From Eledone cirrhosa (Eukaryota): DNA of 64,000 nucleotides. Under the pieces are notes generated by a model that was not told the origin of the DNA, did not search any database, and worked only from the letters and a program-made list of their open reading frames with translations. Numbering within the stretch: position 1 is the stretch's first letter; every line of letters begins with the position of its first letter. The stretch covers positions 284,766,001 to 284,830,000 of the forward strand of contig OZ024743.1 of NCBI GenBank assembly GCA_964016885.1. Reading direction: 5' to 3'. A program made the position numbers and the translations under genes. This document shows positions 12,316 through 25,395 of this stretch, in pieces.

Positions 12316-15300
12316 TCATCATCATCATCATCTTCGTTTAATGTCCATTTTCCACGGTAGCATGGGTTAGACGGGAGTTGTCCCACTTGAGGCAAGGTTG
12401 GTCGGGTGACCGTGTCTCGGTCATATAGGACTATCTGGCAGGTTTTCTACGGCTGGATGCCCTTCCTAACACCAACCACATTTACAGTGTGGAACTGGGA
12501 ACTTTTTACCGTGTTATATTCACGGCCACATTACAGTGTGAACTGTGTTTTTTCTCGTGACACCTACACAATCTCGATCTCGATCTCATTATCTCATTTA
12601 TTTGGACTGGATGTTGTGGTACCAACTTTATAGAGAGAAGATGGTGTTGGTGGGAGGATAGGGTAGGGGTAGTGGATTGGGGCGTATATTTGGTTAAGAG
12701 GTGCCTACTGACTGTCTGTATTACTGCGTAGCACTAAAGATCTCGGTCCAGTGACATTGTCTTAGAGAGGTGCAAGTGTGTAAGGTCGGAATTTATCAGA
12801 TTGTCCCAGGTTTTTCTGGGTCTACCTATTCCGTAACTACCATCAATTTTGATCGCCCTGCACTTTTTTATACAGCTGTCGTCTTTCATGCGCATCACGT
12901 GGCCATACAAATGTAGTCTTCTCTCAAGTAAACAGCATCTGATCCCTCTTATTCCTAATTTCTCACTTAGTTCATTTATGCTTTGCCGTTCACGTATATT
13001 ACTATTACACATCCAATGGAGCATGCATGCTTCGTTCCTTTCCAGTCTACGCAGGTCCTCTGCACGTAATGCCCATGTCTCACTGCCATGTAGTATTGCT
13101 GTTCATATACAAGCATCATACAATCTGCCTTTCATTTTTAGAGAGAAACCTTTTGTGGCCAACAGCGGTATAAGCTCTCTGAACTTTTTCCATCCCGTTC
13201 TGACTCTGGCTACTGTACTTTCAGAACACCATCCACCACTGCTGATTTCGTCACCCAGGTAACGGAAAGTGTCTACTATTTCTATAGAACCATCTGGGCA
13301 ATAGAAGGGGCTAGTATCCTGTAGACACTTGCTACCTATTGCACCTGAGCATCGGCCACATATAAAGTCTACGTTCTTAGATAGTTTACCTGTGATCCCA
13401 CTACATCTTTTATGTACCCATACTTTGCATTTGGTACATAAAATTGAATTTCTGCCTACTCCTATACTACACACTGAGCAAGGCCATTTCCCTGAGGGTA
13501 CCTGTGCCTTATTTTCCTTTCTACAAACTAGGACTTTAGTCTTAGACAAGTTAACTTTAAGGCTTTTGATTTTAGGCCATGCTTCCATTTTTGGAATTTC
13601 TTTTCTAGTTCAGCCATTGATTCAGCTATGAGCGTTAGATCATCTGCGAATAGGAGTTCCCATGGGCAGCCGGTCTTGCATTCCTCTGTTATAGCCTGAA
13701 GGGCAATAATAAATAGGAGGGGGCTAAGGACAGAGCCTTGGTGAACACCAACTTTTACACTAAATTCTTCATAATATTCATTGTTAATTCTAACCTTACT
13801 GACTGTTTCATTATACATAGCTTGTATAGCTCTCACAAGCCATTCATCTACACCTAGTTTTCTAAGAGCCCACCAGATAATGGAGTGGGGGACTCTGTCA
13901 AAGGCTTTTTCCAGGTCTACAAAAGCTAAGTAGAGGGGTTTACTTTTAGCTAGGTACTTCTCTTGTAGTTGTCGTACAAGGAAAAGAGCGTCTGTGGTAC
14001 TTTTACCTAACACAAACCCAAACTGCATTTCATCTAGATCAATTCACTCTCTGATTAGTTGCGCTATAACTCTTTCTGTGACCTTCATGACCTGGTCAAC
14101 TAACTTAATGCCTCTATAGTTTCCTCTATCTAGAGCATCTGCTTTACCCTTGTAGCAGTTAATGATGATGCTGCTACGCCAGTCTTTTGGTATGACCCCA
14201 TTCTGTATTACTTGGTTAACTATACGGGTGACCATAGTATGTCCCACCATTCCAGATGCCTTCAACATCTCAGCAACTATCTCCGAAGGCCCAACTGCCT
14301 TGCCTGTCTTCATATCTTTGATTGCCTTACTTATTATACTACCTTTAACTTGCACCACTGGTCCTTATATTGGATCGATTTGGGGCAGACTATCTTTTTC
14401 CCACTTATTCTTCTCATTTAATAGTCTCTCGTAGTGACACTTCCAGGCTATCTTCTTATCAGCATCAGTGAGGGCAAGTACACCGTTATCATTACGGACA
14501 CACTTCTCCCCGACAATATCACTGTTTTCCTTGACACATTGTCTAGCAATCCTGAACACCTCGCGTTGTTGGTCCTCACGTTGTAGAACATACTTGAACT
14601 TTCTTTCCTCTGCTTCCCTTTTTGCAAGGTACACTTGTCCCCTAGCTTTTCTCCTGACCACTTGATAGTGCTCTCTACTTCCCCCATCCTGCCATACTTT
14701 CCAAGCCTGCTTTTTGGCCTTGATTGTCTCTTCTACCTTACTGTTCCACCACCAAGTTACTCTCCTCCTGCCAATAGGTCTGCTCCAGCTACAGATTTTA
14801 TCCGTTGCTTTCAGCAGGTTCACTTTCAAGAATTGCCACTGTTCCTCTATATCGCACGTCTCTAATTGCTCTTCCTCATTGTCAAAGGCATCAAGTAATA
14901 AGCTTTTAAATTTGTCACTGGCTATGGGGTCCTTCAACTTCCCTATTCTTCTCCTCAAGGTAGGCCTCCTCTGTCGTCATGTACGTCTATTCCTGACTGT
15001 GAGGTCACTAACTACTAGGCTATGTTGGGAGGTGCATTCTTCACGGGGGAGGGATTTAGTGTTTACAACAGACACTTTGTCTCGTCTTCTAGTAAGGATA
15101 TAATCTATCTGGCTGGCGTGTTCCCCTGATCTATAGGTGATCAAGTGGTTTTCACGTTTTTTGAAGTTTGTGTTACAGATAGTTAGGTTATTGGCGTCAC
15201 AGAATTCCAGGATTCTGAAGCCTTCCTCATTTCTATTTCCAACCCCATAGCCTCCATAGATTCCATCATAGCCATCACTATGTTGTCCAACGTGGCCGTT

Positions 15301-15617
15301 TAGATAACCAGCAATAATTAGGTAGTCACTGTCGGTTATTTGGGAGGTAGTGTGCATTAGCGTCTCATAGAACCTGTCCTTTATAACGTCAAGTAGACCA
15401 GATTGGGGTGCATAAGCGGATATTATTGTCACAATAGTTTTATTTAGAACTAGCCTTATTTTAATTATTCTGTCATTCACTCTATTTACGTCGATTACCT
15501 TATCTACCTATTTTTCAGCTAACATAATTCCTACTCTACCCAGTCCATTGTCATTTCCCATCCAGAAAAATTTATAGTATCGTTTTTTACCCACGATGAA
15601 TCTGGCAGACCCCCCAA
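12316..15617 (-). mobile_element. RTE LINE (family B-related), 5'-truncated, several stops and frameshifts
   Basis: Consecutive minus ORFs 14977-15480 (APE: SAYAPQ, SQIDYIL), 14365-14958, 14044-14358, 13528-14028 (RT, FADD), 13103-13588 (PHD) and 12734-13024. The 3' UTR and (CAT)n tail lie at 12316. Confidence 0.95.
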
Positions 15618-15756
15618 ATCTCCGCAGTCAACCCATCAAACAGGTCTAAACTTAAGGAGTAGTAACCGGGCGGTAGCTTTGCTATACTGATTTATTAGGG
15701 AACTTACTAAAGCCGCTGAGTTATGATTGGACCATTAGCAATAGTATATATATATA

Positions 15757-15868
15757 ATTGTTTCTACTTTAGGCACAAGGCCAGCAATTACCCAGTGCAT
15801 TACTAGTACTTTATTTTATCGACCCCGTAAGGATGAAAGGCAAAGTTAACCTCGGCGGGATTTGAATG
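15757..15868 (-). mobile_element. Nin/Deu-domain-type SINE, truncated
   Basis: Reverse complement of ...TTTGCCTTTCATCCTTACGGGGTCGATAAAATAAAGTAC...GGCCTTGTGCCTAAAGTAGAAACAATT. Confidence 0.8.
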
Positions 15869-16005
15869 GTATATATATATAATGTAATGGAGATCGAGTG
15901 ATGCAACTTCGAGCGATTAGCAACCTCTAGACTCACCTGATCAATGTAAAAATTGTCAATACCTGAAATAAAGCCCCTTGTTCTACCATTTTACTCTTCA
16001 TTCTT

Positions 16006-16049
<44 letters not shown>

Positions 16050-16229
16050 CATATACACAGAGGTGAAACGTCAGAGGAACAGGAGTCATCACTAAGCCAT
16101 AACAAAGAGTATTTGAATTCTACTTCGGTATGGAGTACACATTCTCATGTCCATCAACATCACATGGATATATATATATAGGTAAAATCCTGACCGCGGC
16201 ACCAAGCAGTTTATATATATATATATGTG

Positions 16230-16358
16230 TGTTTCAAGTCATTGAGGCTCTGGTAGAAGGTAGAAGATACTAGCTGCCCAAGGAGTCACACAGTGGTATA
16301 GAACCCGAGACCACATAGTTCTGAAGTGAATTTCTTAACCACTCAGATATACTTGTGT
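16230..16358 (-). mobile_element. Degenerate tRNA-derived SINE (CORE-like body)
   Basis: The minus strand reads as a tRNA-like head followed by ...ACTGTGTGACTCCTTGGGCAG. A related head lies at ~57290-57380 (+). Confidence 0.55.
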
Positions 16359-17390
16359 TTTGTGTACTTTGTAAAATATCTTGTGATGGTTCGAATTTAA
16401 GAAAATTTATTAATTAGATCATGTGTGCAAGAAAAATGGTGTCAAGACAAATCAATATAATTTTCTCACATCTTCCACCTGTTAAGTGAGGCTGGGAAGA
16501 AAATGGACTACTAGTGTTTCCCTCAGTCATCATCATCATCATTTTTACATCCGTTTTTTCACACTTGCTGTATTATCTTTCTTTAAATAAATGAGTGGTT
16601 TATGTATAGAATGATATAAACAGATAGGTACTAGGTAAATATAATCTCAACTCTACCTCATTCATTTATTTTTGTTTGTTTTTACATTTTGTATCAATAA
16701 AATGATTACCTGAGTGTTATTATGCTAATAATTTTGTATATGTCTATTGGAAAGTAACTTCATTGATAAAAATACTCAGTATACTGTGTATCAAAGCATC
16801 ATCATTATTGTTAAGAGACTAGCAAATTAAGCTACAATACTACTGAGAAAACCATTAAGATGCCAGAAGTTCTTGTGAAAAAGTTGTATTGGCAAATCAA
16901 ACCAGCAGACATTTTTTTTCAAAAACGTAATAACATATAGGGAACCACTGTTTAATTTCTTACATCATCCAGACAAGGTTGTTTGATGAACTTTAAGAAA
17001 AATCTAAGGAAAAATTTATTTTCTCTTCGGTATATCTTCAATTAGACAAGATCCTAAGCAGAAACTGTTATTTAAAAAATATTGGTACCGATAATACTTT
17101 TTTCTACTTTGTTGCATACTTTGATATTACTTCCCTCCTCATTGGCAAATCTGCTGCCAGGAATAGATGTTTCCTTCTAACATACTAACTTACTAACTGA
17201 AGAGCTGAAAAAAAAAATGTTTCAGATAACCAATATATCCTTCAAATCTTTCTATTTTATTTATTTTATTTTATGGTTTGCATCCTTACTAACTTACATA
17301 TATATATATATGTAAAAGAAATAACAACACAATCGGTACAGTATATGGAAGGAATATATTAGGTTAACGCTTGAAATAGCAGGAAGAGGG

Positions 17391-17426
17391 TCTTAACGTT
17401 TCGGAAGCTAGTCATTCATCAGAAGA
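17391..17426 (-). ncRNA. Minimal hammerhead-like motif in a short Penelope-type fragment between TA tracts
   Basis: Minus strand TCTT-CTGATGA-ATGACTAGCTTCC-GAAA-CG-TT-AAGA. Stem I and the core are intact and AACGTT is palindromic, but stem II is poorly paired. Confidence 0.6.
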
Positions 17427-17497
17427 AAGAATGAGAAATATATTATATATTTATATATATATATATGTAACATATATGTAACATATATGTAATATAT

Positions 17498-19570
17498 ATG
17501 AGAGTAACATGGTGGTGGAACAGTAAGGTGGAGGGGTCAATTAAGGCCAAAAAGCAGGCTTGGAAAGTATGGCGGGATGGGGGAAGTAGAGAAGACTATC
17601 AAGTGGCCAGGAGGGAAGCTAGGAGACAAGTGTACTTAGCAAGAAGGGAAGCTGAGGAAAGAAAGTTCAAGCATGTTCTACAACGCGATGACCAAAAACG
17701 TGAGGTGTTCAGGATTGCTAGGCAATGCGTCAAGGAAAACCGTGATATTGTCGGGGAGAAGTGTGTACTAAACGACGATGGCACACTTGCCATCACCGAC
17801 GCTGATAAGAAGGTAGCTTGGAAGTGTCACTATGAAAGGCTACTAAATGAGGAGAATAAATGGGAGAAAGACAGTCTCCCCCATATCGACCCAATAGAGG
17901 GACCAGCAGTGTTAGTCGAGGGGAGTATAATAAGTAAGGCAATCAAGGATATGAAGACGGGTAAGGCGGCTGGGCCTTCGGAAATAGTTGCTGAGATGCT
18001 GAAGGCATCTGGCATGGTGGGACACACCATGGTCACCCGCATAGTTAACCAAGTCGTACAGAATGGGGTTGTTCCGAAGGACTGGCATAGCAGCATCATC
18101 GTTAACTGTTATAAGGGTAAAGGAGACGCCCTAGATAGGAGTAACTATAGAGGCATTAAATTAATCGACCAGGTCATGAAGGTCACGGAAAAAGTAATAG
18201 CGCAACTAATCAGAGAGAGAATTGACCTAGATGAAATGCAGTTCGGGTTTGTGTCAGGCAAAAGTACCACAGACGCTCTTTTCATAGTACGACAACTACA
18301 GGAGAAGTACCTAGCTAAAGGTAAACCCCTCTACTTAGCTTTTGTCGACTTGGAGAAAGCCTTCGACAGAGTCCCCCGCTCCATTATCTGGTGGGCTCTT
18401 AGAAAACTAGGCGTTGACGAATGGCTTGTGAGGGCTATACAAGCCATGTATAAAGAAACAGTCAGCAAGGTTAGAATTAACAACGAATATAGTGAAGAGT
18501 TTAGCGTAAAAGTTGGCGTCCATCAGGGCTCTGTTCTCAGCCCCCTACTATTTATTATTGCCCTTCAGGCTATAACAGAGGAGTTCAAGACAGGCTGCCC
18601 ATGGGAACTCCTATACGCAGACGACCTGACACTCATAGCAGAATCAATGGCCGAGCTAGAGAAGAAATTTCAAACATGGAAGCACGGCCTAGAGTCAAAA
18701 GGACTTAAAATTAACCTGGCTAAGACCAAAGTACTAGTTTGTAGGAAAGAAAACAAGGCGGCGGTCCCTTCTGGGAAATGGTCGTGCTCGGTGTGTAGGA
18801 AAGGCGTAGGTAGAAACTCCATTTTATGTCTTAAATGCAAAGTATGGGTGCATAAAAGATGTAGTGGGATCACAGGTAAGCTAACTAAGAACATAGATTT
18901 TACATGTGGCCGGTGCTCTGGTGCAATAAGTAGCAGCAAGTGCCCACAAAATACTAGCTCTTTCAATTGCGCAGAGGGTTCTATGGAAATAGTGGACAGC
19001 TTCCGTTACCTGGGCGATAAAATCAGCAGTGGGGGAGGGTGCTCTGAAAGTACTGTAGCTAGAGTCAGAACTGGTTGGAAAAAGTTCAGAGAGCTTATAC
19101 CACTATTAGCTGCTAAAGGGTTCTCCCTAAAAATGAAAGGCAGGTTGTACAATGCCTGCATACGAACAGCAATGCTGCATGGCAGTGAGACCTGGGCATT
19201 GTGTGCAGAGGATATACGCAGACTAGAGAGGAACGAAGCTTGCATGCTCCGCTGGATGTGTAACAGTAATATACGTGAACGGCAAAGCATAAACGAACTA
19301 AGGAAAAAATTAGAGATAAGAGGGATCAGATGTTGTTTACTCGAGAGAAGGCTACGTTGGTATGGACACGTGATGCGCATGAAAGTCGATAGCTGTATAA
19401 CAAAGTGCAGGGCAATAAAGATAGACGGTAGTCACGGAATAGGCAGACCTAGAAAAACCTGGGACGAGCTGATAAACTCCGACATCACACACTTACACCT
19501 CTCCAAGACAATGTCACTGGACCGAGACCTTTGGCGGTACTCAGTAACAGAGAAGACTCGCCTTACCTAA
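17498..19570 (+). CDS. RTE LINE ORF (RT plus PHD; APE missing)
   Basis: [25 protein letters not shown]4HC3 and RLRWYGHV. The ATG arises at the microsatellite junction. Confidence 0.88.
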   Translation: MRVTWWWNSKVEGSIKAKKQAWKVWRDGGSREDYQVARREARRQVYLARREAEERKFKHVLQRDDQKREVFRIARQCVKENRDIVGEKCVLNDDGTLAITDADKKVAWKCHYERLLNEENKWEKDSLPHIDPIEGPAVLVEGSIISKAIKDMKTGKAAGPSEIVAEMLKASGMVGHTMVTRIVNQVVQNGVVPKDWHSSIIVNCYKGKGDALDRSNYRGIKLIDQVMKVTEKVIAQLIRERIDLDEMQFGFVSGKSTTDALFIVRQLQEKYLAKGKPLYLAFVDLEKAFDRVPRSIIWWALRKLGVDEWLVRAIQAMYKETVSKVRINNEYSEEFSVKVGVHQGSVLSPLLFIIALQAITEEFKTGCPWELLYADDLTLIAESMAELEKKFQTWKHGLESKGLKINLAKTKVLVCRKENKAAVPSGKWSCSVCRKGVGRNSILCLKCKVWVHKRCSGITGKLTKNIDFTCGRCSGAISSSKCPQNTSSFNCAEGSMEIVDSFRYLGDKISSGGGCSESTVARVRTGWKKFRELIPLLAAKGFSLKMKGRLYNACIRTAMLHGSETWALCAEDIRRLERNEACMLRWMCNSNIRERQSINELRKKLEIRGIRCCLLERRLRWYGHVMRMKVDSCITKCRAIKIDGSHGIGRPRKTWDELINSDITHLHLSKTMSLDRDLWRYSVTEKTRLT

Positions 19571-19965
19571 ATATATAGTAAAACCTACTCCAGCCAGTAG
19601 GCATCTCTAACAAAATACACCCCGTCCCACCCCCACCCCCACCCCATCCACACCACCCCGTTCTATGTAAAGTTATGTTGGTGCCGCGCCATCGAGGCCG
19701 AAACAAATGAGATCGTGTAGGTGTCACGACAAAAAAACACACAGTCCACGCTGTAATGTGGCCGTGTAGGCAACACGGTAAAAACCTCCCAGACCCACAC
19801 TGTAAATGTGGTTGGTGTTAGGAAGGGCATCCAACTGTAGAAAACCTGCCAGACAGTCCTATGCAAGCAAGACAATCACTCTTGCCTCAAGTGGGACTAC
19901 CCCCGTCCAAACCCATGCAAGCGTGGAACACGGACGTTAAACGTTGATGATGATGATGATGATGA
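17498..19965 (+). mobile_element. RTE LINE family B, 5'-truncated, young
   Basis: Uninterrupted 690-codon frame, family-specific 3' UTR and (GAT)n tail. Confidence 0.96.
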
Positions 19966-20096
19966 TATGTGTGTGTGTGTAGAGAGAGAGAGAGAGTGTG
20001 TGTGTGTCTGTGGTGCTGAGACCAGAGAGACTACAAATCAAGGGAGTACTCTATGCATGGGAAGAAGCAGAGTGGGAATATATTTTACCTTCTTCT

Positions 20097-20133
<37 letters not shown>

Positions 20134-20140
20134 ATATGAA

Positions 20141-21706
20141 GTAAGTCACTCTACCTGGCATTCATTGATCTCGAGAAAGTCTTTGACAGAGTTCCCCGTG
20201 CTATAATCTGGTGGGCTCTTAGAAAACTAGGAGTAGATGAATGGCTTGTGAAAGCTGTACAAGCCATGTATAGGGGAGCAGTCAGCAAAGTTAGGATTAG
20301 CAATGAGTATAGCGAGGAATTTAGCATAGAGGTTGGTGTCCACCAGGGCTCTGTTCTTAGCCCTCTCCTGTTCATCATAGTCCTGCAGGCAATAACGAAG
20401 GAGTTTAAGACCGGATGCCCATGGGAACTCCTGTATGCTGATGACCTCGCACTCATAGCTGAATCTATGATAGAACTAGAGAAGAAATTTCAAACTTGGA
20501 AGCAGGGACTAGAAAGAAAGGGTCTCAAAGTCAACCTGACAAAGACTAAGGTCCTTGTAAGTAGACGAGAAAACAGAACCCAGATCCCCTCAGGGAAATG
20601 GCCTTGCTCAGTATGTAGGAAAGGTGTAGGTAGGAACTCCATTCTCTGCCCCAAATGCAAACAATGGGTACACAAGAGATGTAGCGGGATCTCAGGAAGC
20701 TTAACTAAGACTGTAGGCTTCACATGTAGCAACTGTGCTGAGACAGCAAGCAGCAAACAGCTACAGGAAATAAGTACCACCAATCTCTGGGAGGGCTCTG
20801 TAGAGACAGTAGAAAGCTTCTGCTACCTAGGTGACCGAATTAGCAGCAGAGGTGGGTGTTCGGAAAGTACAACAACTAGGGTAAGAACGGGATGGAAGAA
20901 GTTCAGGGAGCTACTACCACTGCTAGCTGCAAAAGGCTTTTCCCTCAAAATGAAAGGCAGACTGTATGATGTGTGTATATGAACAGCAATGTTACATGGT
21001 AGTGAGACCTGGGTGCTGTCTGTGGAAAACTTGCATAGATTAGAAAGAAACGAAGCCTGCATGCTCCGATGGATGTGTAATAGTAATATACGCGAACGGC
21101 AAAGCATAAATTAATTGAGAGAGAGACTGAGCATAAGAGGAATCAAATGCTGTGTGCAGGAGAGGCGGTTGCGTTGGTATGGACATGTGATGCGTATGAA
21201 GGATGACAGCTGCATAAAAAGGTGCAGAGCACTAGAAGTTGATGGAAACGAGGAGTGGGGAGACCCAAGAAGACCTGGGATGAGGTGATAAAAGCCGACT
21301 TTACCCAATTACACCTCTCAAAGGCGATGACACATGACCGTGACCTCTGGCATCACGCAGTAATACAGAAGACCCGACCCCCCCAAGGGTACAAGCCGAA
21401 GCTGAAGCATATAGACAATATGCCCCACACCCTCCCACTGCAAAGTGGTCGTGGAGGTGCCACGGCAAAAAAGCACCCAGCCCACACTGTAAAGTGGACG
21501 TGTAGGCGCCACGGAAAAAAGCACCCAGCACTCACTGTAAATGAGGTTGGTCTTAGGAAGGGCATCCAGCTGTAGAAATCAAGCAAGAATCAGTTCCCGT
21601 ATGAGCAAGGCATGGTCAGCCGACCAGACACTGCCCACAACAGGACAACCCGTCTAACCCATGCTAGCATGGAAGAACGGACGTAAAACGTTGATGATGA
21701 TGATAT
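20141..21706 (+). mobile_element. RTE family A, 5'-truncated, with stops and frameshift
   Basis: ORF 20248-20982 closely matches 3842-6337 and has the same 3' UTR and (GAT)n tail. Confidence 0.95.
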
Positions 21707-23957
21707 GACAGTCCGTCATTAAGCTAGCAGAAGTCTGATGAGATTTCAATTCCAGAGTCAGGCCTGATCAATAGAGATTGAACCTTGACTTGAGCTGATC
21801 AATTGCGAAACATGCATCACATCTGAATAAACTTAATGAAAATTTGACGCCTCATCCATACTTATTAATTATATATGTGTGTGTGTGTGTGTGTGTGTGC
21901 GCCTTGCATATGCTATCCCTCAAAGGTTTTAACACATACTTGTTTTTGCTTTATTTCCAACTTGTAACCTAACACTTCCTATGCAAACATAATCTCTTTC
22001 TCACTCTCACCCTGTCTTCCTCCCTCCTCTATCTCATTACTTTAAAAATCTGTTTGTGATTTCTATTGGTTTTCTGGGTTCTATTGTGAAGTTTTTTTAA
22101 CCAGTCTGGTGCATCAACTCATTCTGTCTTTGCCAATGTTTACGTCACCTTCATCTTTGATGTTCCTAACTAATAATAATTATTTGCAGTGTTGTTTTTA
22201 TAACCAGTTACCTTTATTGTTAAGTCAATCACAAACAATGAAGTGTTAGAAATATTACAAAACTGAGATTAAAACAACTAAATGGGTATGAAATCCATTC
22301 ATTGACACTGGCTATCTAACTTTGACTTTGAAATTTATCTATTGAAGAAAAGAAGAAACTGTTGGTGTCCACATAACCAGGGACATTCATGTGTTCTTTC
22401 TATTGAAATGATCAATGTTCACCATACTTTCCAAAATTGATTCCCTGGTAATCAATCACGCCACCACCACTACCAACAACAACACCTATTCATTTGACAT
22501 TATCTATAGAAAGTTCTACTAATAGCTTTTACTATTCTCATTTATACCCAATCAAATTACTCAGTTCCCTTAACTGAAGCAATATCCGATTGGCTCAGTT
22601 ATTACTTCTCTCAACTCCTCTCCCCGTCCAAATTTCTTTGTGTTGTTTCTTTTATTAAACAGGATAATATTCTTCTCTTTTGCGTTTACATGCATTCATG
22701 TATTTACATTGAAGATTGAATGTTCACATTTAATTTCTGCTGAGTTGCTCATGAATAAAGTATTTTAGATTCAATGAAAAAGGTGTGGTGACCAGTTAAG
22801 GATTGATATGTTTGTCCAATACCTACCAGAAAGATTTAACAGTTTTTATTTTGTATCCCCTCTTCTACATGGTCAATCGTTAATAAAGTATATAATAAAA
22901 TTAATCTCTGTTGATGTTTCCATTATAATCCTTTTCAATGTGGAGATAGTTGCAGTTTTAACAATATCTCAGTATCAGAAGCTTTTTAAATAAATCTGGA
23001 AGTGAATGACTGGATCCACAAATGGTTCTTGCAAATAAAGCACTGACATTCACTGAAGCAGGTCACACGGTGTTTCTTTTGTGTCTGTAGCTTGTTGGTG
23101 CTTTCAATAACTTTGACAGGAGATTAAATGTTCAAAATTATTGTATGAGCTAGGTTTAACATCTCATGTTCAGAGATACAGGAAAGTCATGCAATGGTTG
23201 AGAAATGTGTGTGTGTGAACATGTATGTTTGTGTGGAGGGGTGTGCTCCTATGTGAATTTATTTTAGCATCCATTTGTTTAATTTGATGTGTTGGTTTCT
23301 AATTGTGTGTTTATATTTCTATGATTTTTTTTCTTTTTCCTATTGTATGAGCCTGTGATTGTCTAGTGTTGATCTTAGTATTTGCTGAGTGTATAATTTT
23401 ATTTGAATATTTATTTGTATTTGTGTGTTTTATTTTAATATTTATTTGTTTGTATTTGTATGTGTTCATGTTATTGTTTTATATTTATATGTGTGTATAG
23501 ATATGTTTGCATATGTGCACTTTTTATAGTTTAAACCACGTTAATGAGACAAAATAAAATTTATTATAGCAGATTTTGACTTGATTCTACAGTTATTTTC
23601 AAACATTTCTAAAAAAGATCAACTTTGGCCCTTTGTAAAATCTCCAATATTAAGAAGATTAGCATTGCCAATATAGTTATTTTGGTGAATGTGTTTATTT
23701 AGTTTTAATTGTTTTGTTTTATTTCTTTAATCTTAATAAAAACAAGACACTCCTTTGTTATAGTTCAGAGCAGACATGGAAATATAATTGATGAAAACCA
23801 CCACCATGCTAATGGTTTCAAGAGAGGACAATTAGCTGAGACAATAGTGTTCTGAAGAACAACTAACTGAGCAGTCAGTAGTTTATATTATATCACTGTA
23901 CTGTGTTAAAGGTCAGAACATTTAAACTTTATATGGTCCAGTTCACCTAGCTGTAAA

Positions 23958-24135
23958 TAATTGTTTCTACTTTAGGCACAAGGCCAGCAATTACCCAGTA
24001 CATTACTGGTACTTTATTTTATCGACCCCGTAAGGATGAAAGGCAAAGTTAACCTCGGCGGCATTTGAACTCAGACTGTAAAGGGACATAACTATGCTAG
24101 AAAGCATGGCGTCCAACCCTCTACCGATACTCTGT
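23958..24135 (-). mobile_element. Nin/Deu-domain-type SINE (short subfamily)
   Basis: Reverse complement of the 50209-50394 element. Confidence 0.85.
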
Positions 24136-24989
24136 AAATAATAACTGCCAGGTAGAATCAACTCACTGTTATAAGCTGAAATTACCAAGAAAAATTAATT
24201 GTTATCTTGTAGTGGTGATTCTGAAACCTCTTTGGAGTCAAGTTAGAAAAGAAGTAGGATCTCACTTATCTCATAGGCTTGATCACCAATTGATCTATAC
24301 TTCTTCCCATGAACAATCAGATAATTTTCTAACAACAAATGTATTGAATTGGAACAAAAAGGAGACTTCTATAAACCTTTGTAGTGAAATGAGAACAAGA
24401 TCTTCCGATTTAGAGCAAATTTAATGAGACTGATATTTATATTGAAATTAATAGAATTAATTATATTAAAATTAGTTGATATATCCTGGAAAGATGTCTA
24501 AACTGTTATGGACACAGAATGTGAATGGATGATGTATGTTCTATGAAAAATATTCTGAAATGGTAGTAAAGGATACTTACGATAGATGTTAATCTGAGAA
24601 AGACTTGAGTGAAAGCCATTAGGACAGACTTAAGAATTTTCAATTTGACAAATGATATTATATATATATGCACATGGAATAAGGATTTTATACTATATTT
24701 TTGTCAAACACTTGCTACCACAAAGAAAAAAATAAACAGCTGTTAAAACAATAAGGATAAGAAAGAGGATTCAGATGGGATGTGCTTTGTATGAATAAAC
24801 AATCACCTACCCCAAAATAGGTGAGAAGATATATATAAACCAGTAGCGACTTAAGAGAAGAGACAATTATGGAGGTAATTATGACAAAAATAGTGCTATC
24901 CATTCCATGTTTTAGTTGTTATATGTGTTAAATATATGTATGTGTATATATATATATGTATGTGTGTGTGTGCATGTATATGTATGTAC

Positions 24990-25021
<32 letters not shown>

Positions 25022-25046
25022 CTATATATATATATATATATATATA

Positions 25047-25395
25047 TGGAGGCACATGGCTAAGTGGTTAGAGCATTGGCCTTGCAATCGAAAGGTTGTG
25101 AGTTCAATTCTCAGACCAGGTGATGTGTTGTTTCCTTGAGCAAGACACTTTATTTCACATTGCTCCAGTTTACTCAGCTGTAGAAATGAGATGACAGGGA
25201 CTGATGTCCCTATCATTCCACTGTAAAGTGGACGTGTAGGTGCCACGGCAAAAAACCACCCAGCACTCACTGTAAATGAGGTTGGTGTTAGGAAGGGCAT
25301 CCAGCTGTAGAAATCAAGCCAGTATCAGTTCCCGTCCCACCCTTGCAAGCAGGGAAAAAGTGGACGTAAAATGAAATGATGATGATGATGATGAT
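25047..25395 (+). mobile_element. tRNA-derived SINE with RTE-A tail (same family as 7915-8251)
   Basis: Near-identical head, body and tail, ending in (GAT)n. Confidence 0.9.
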
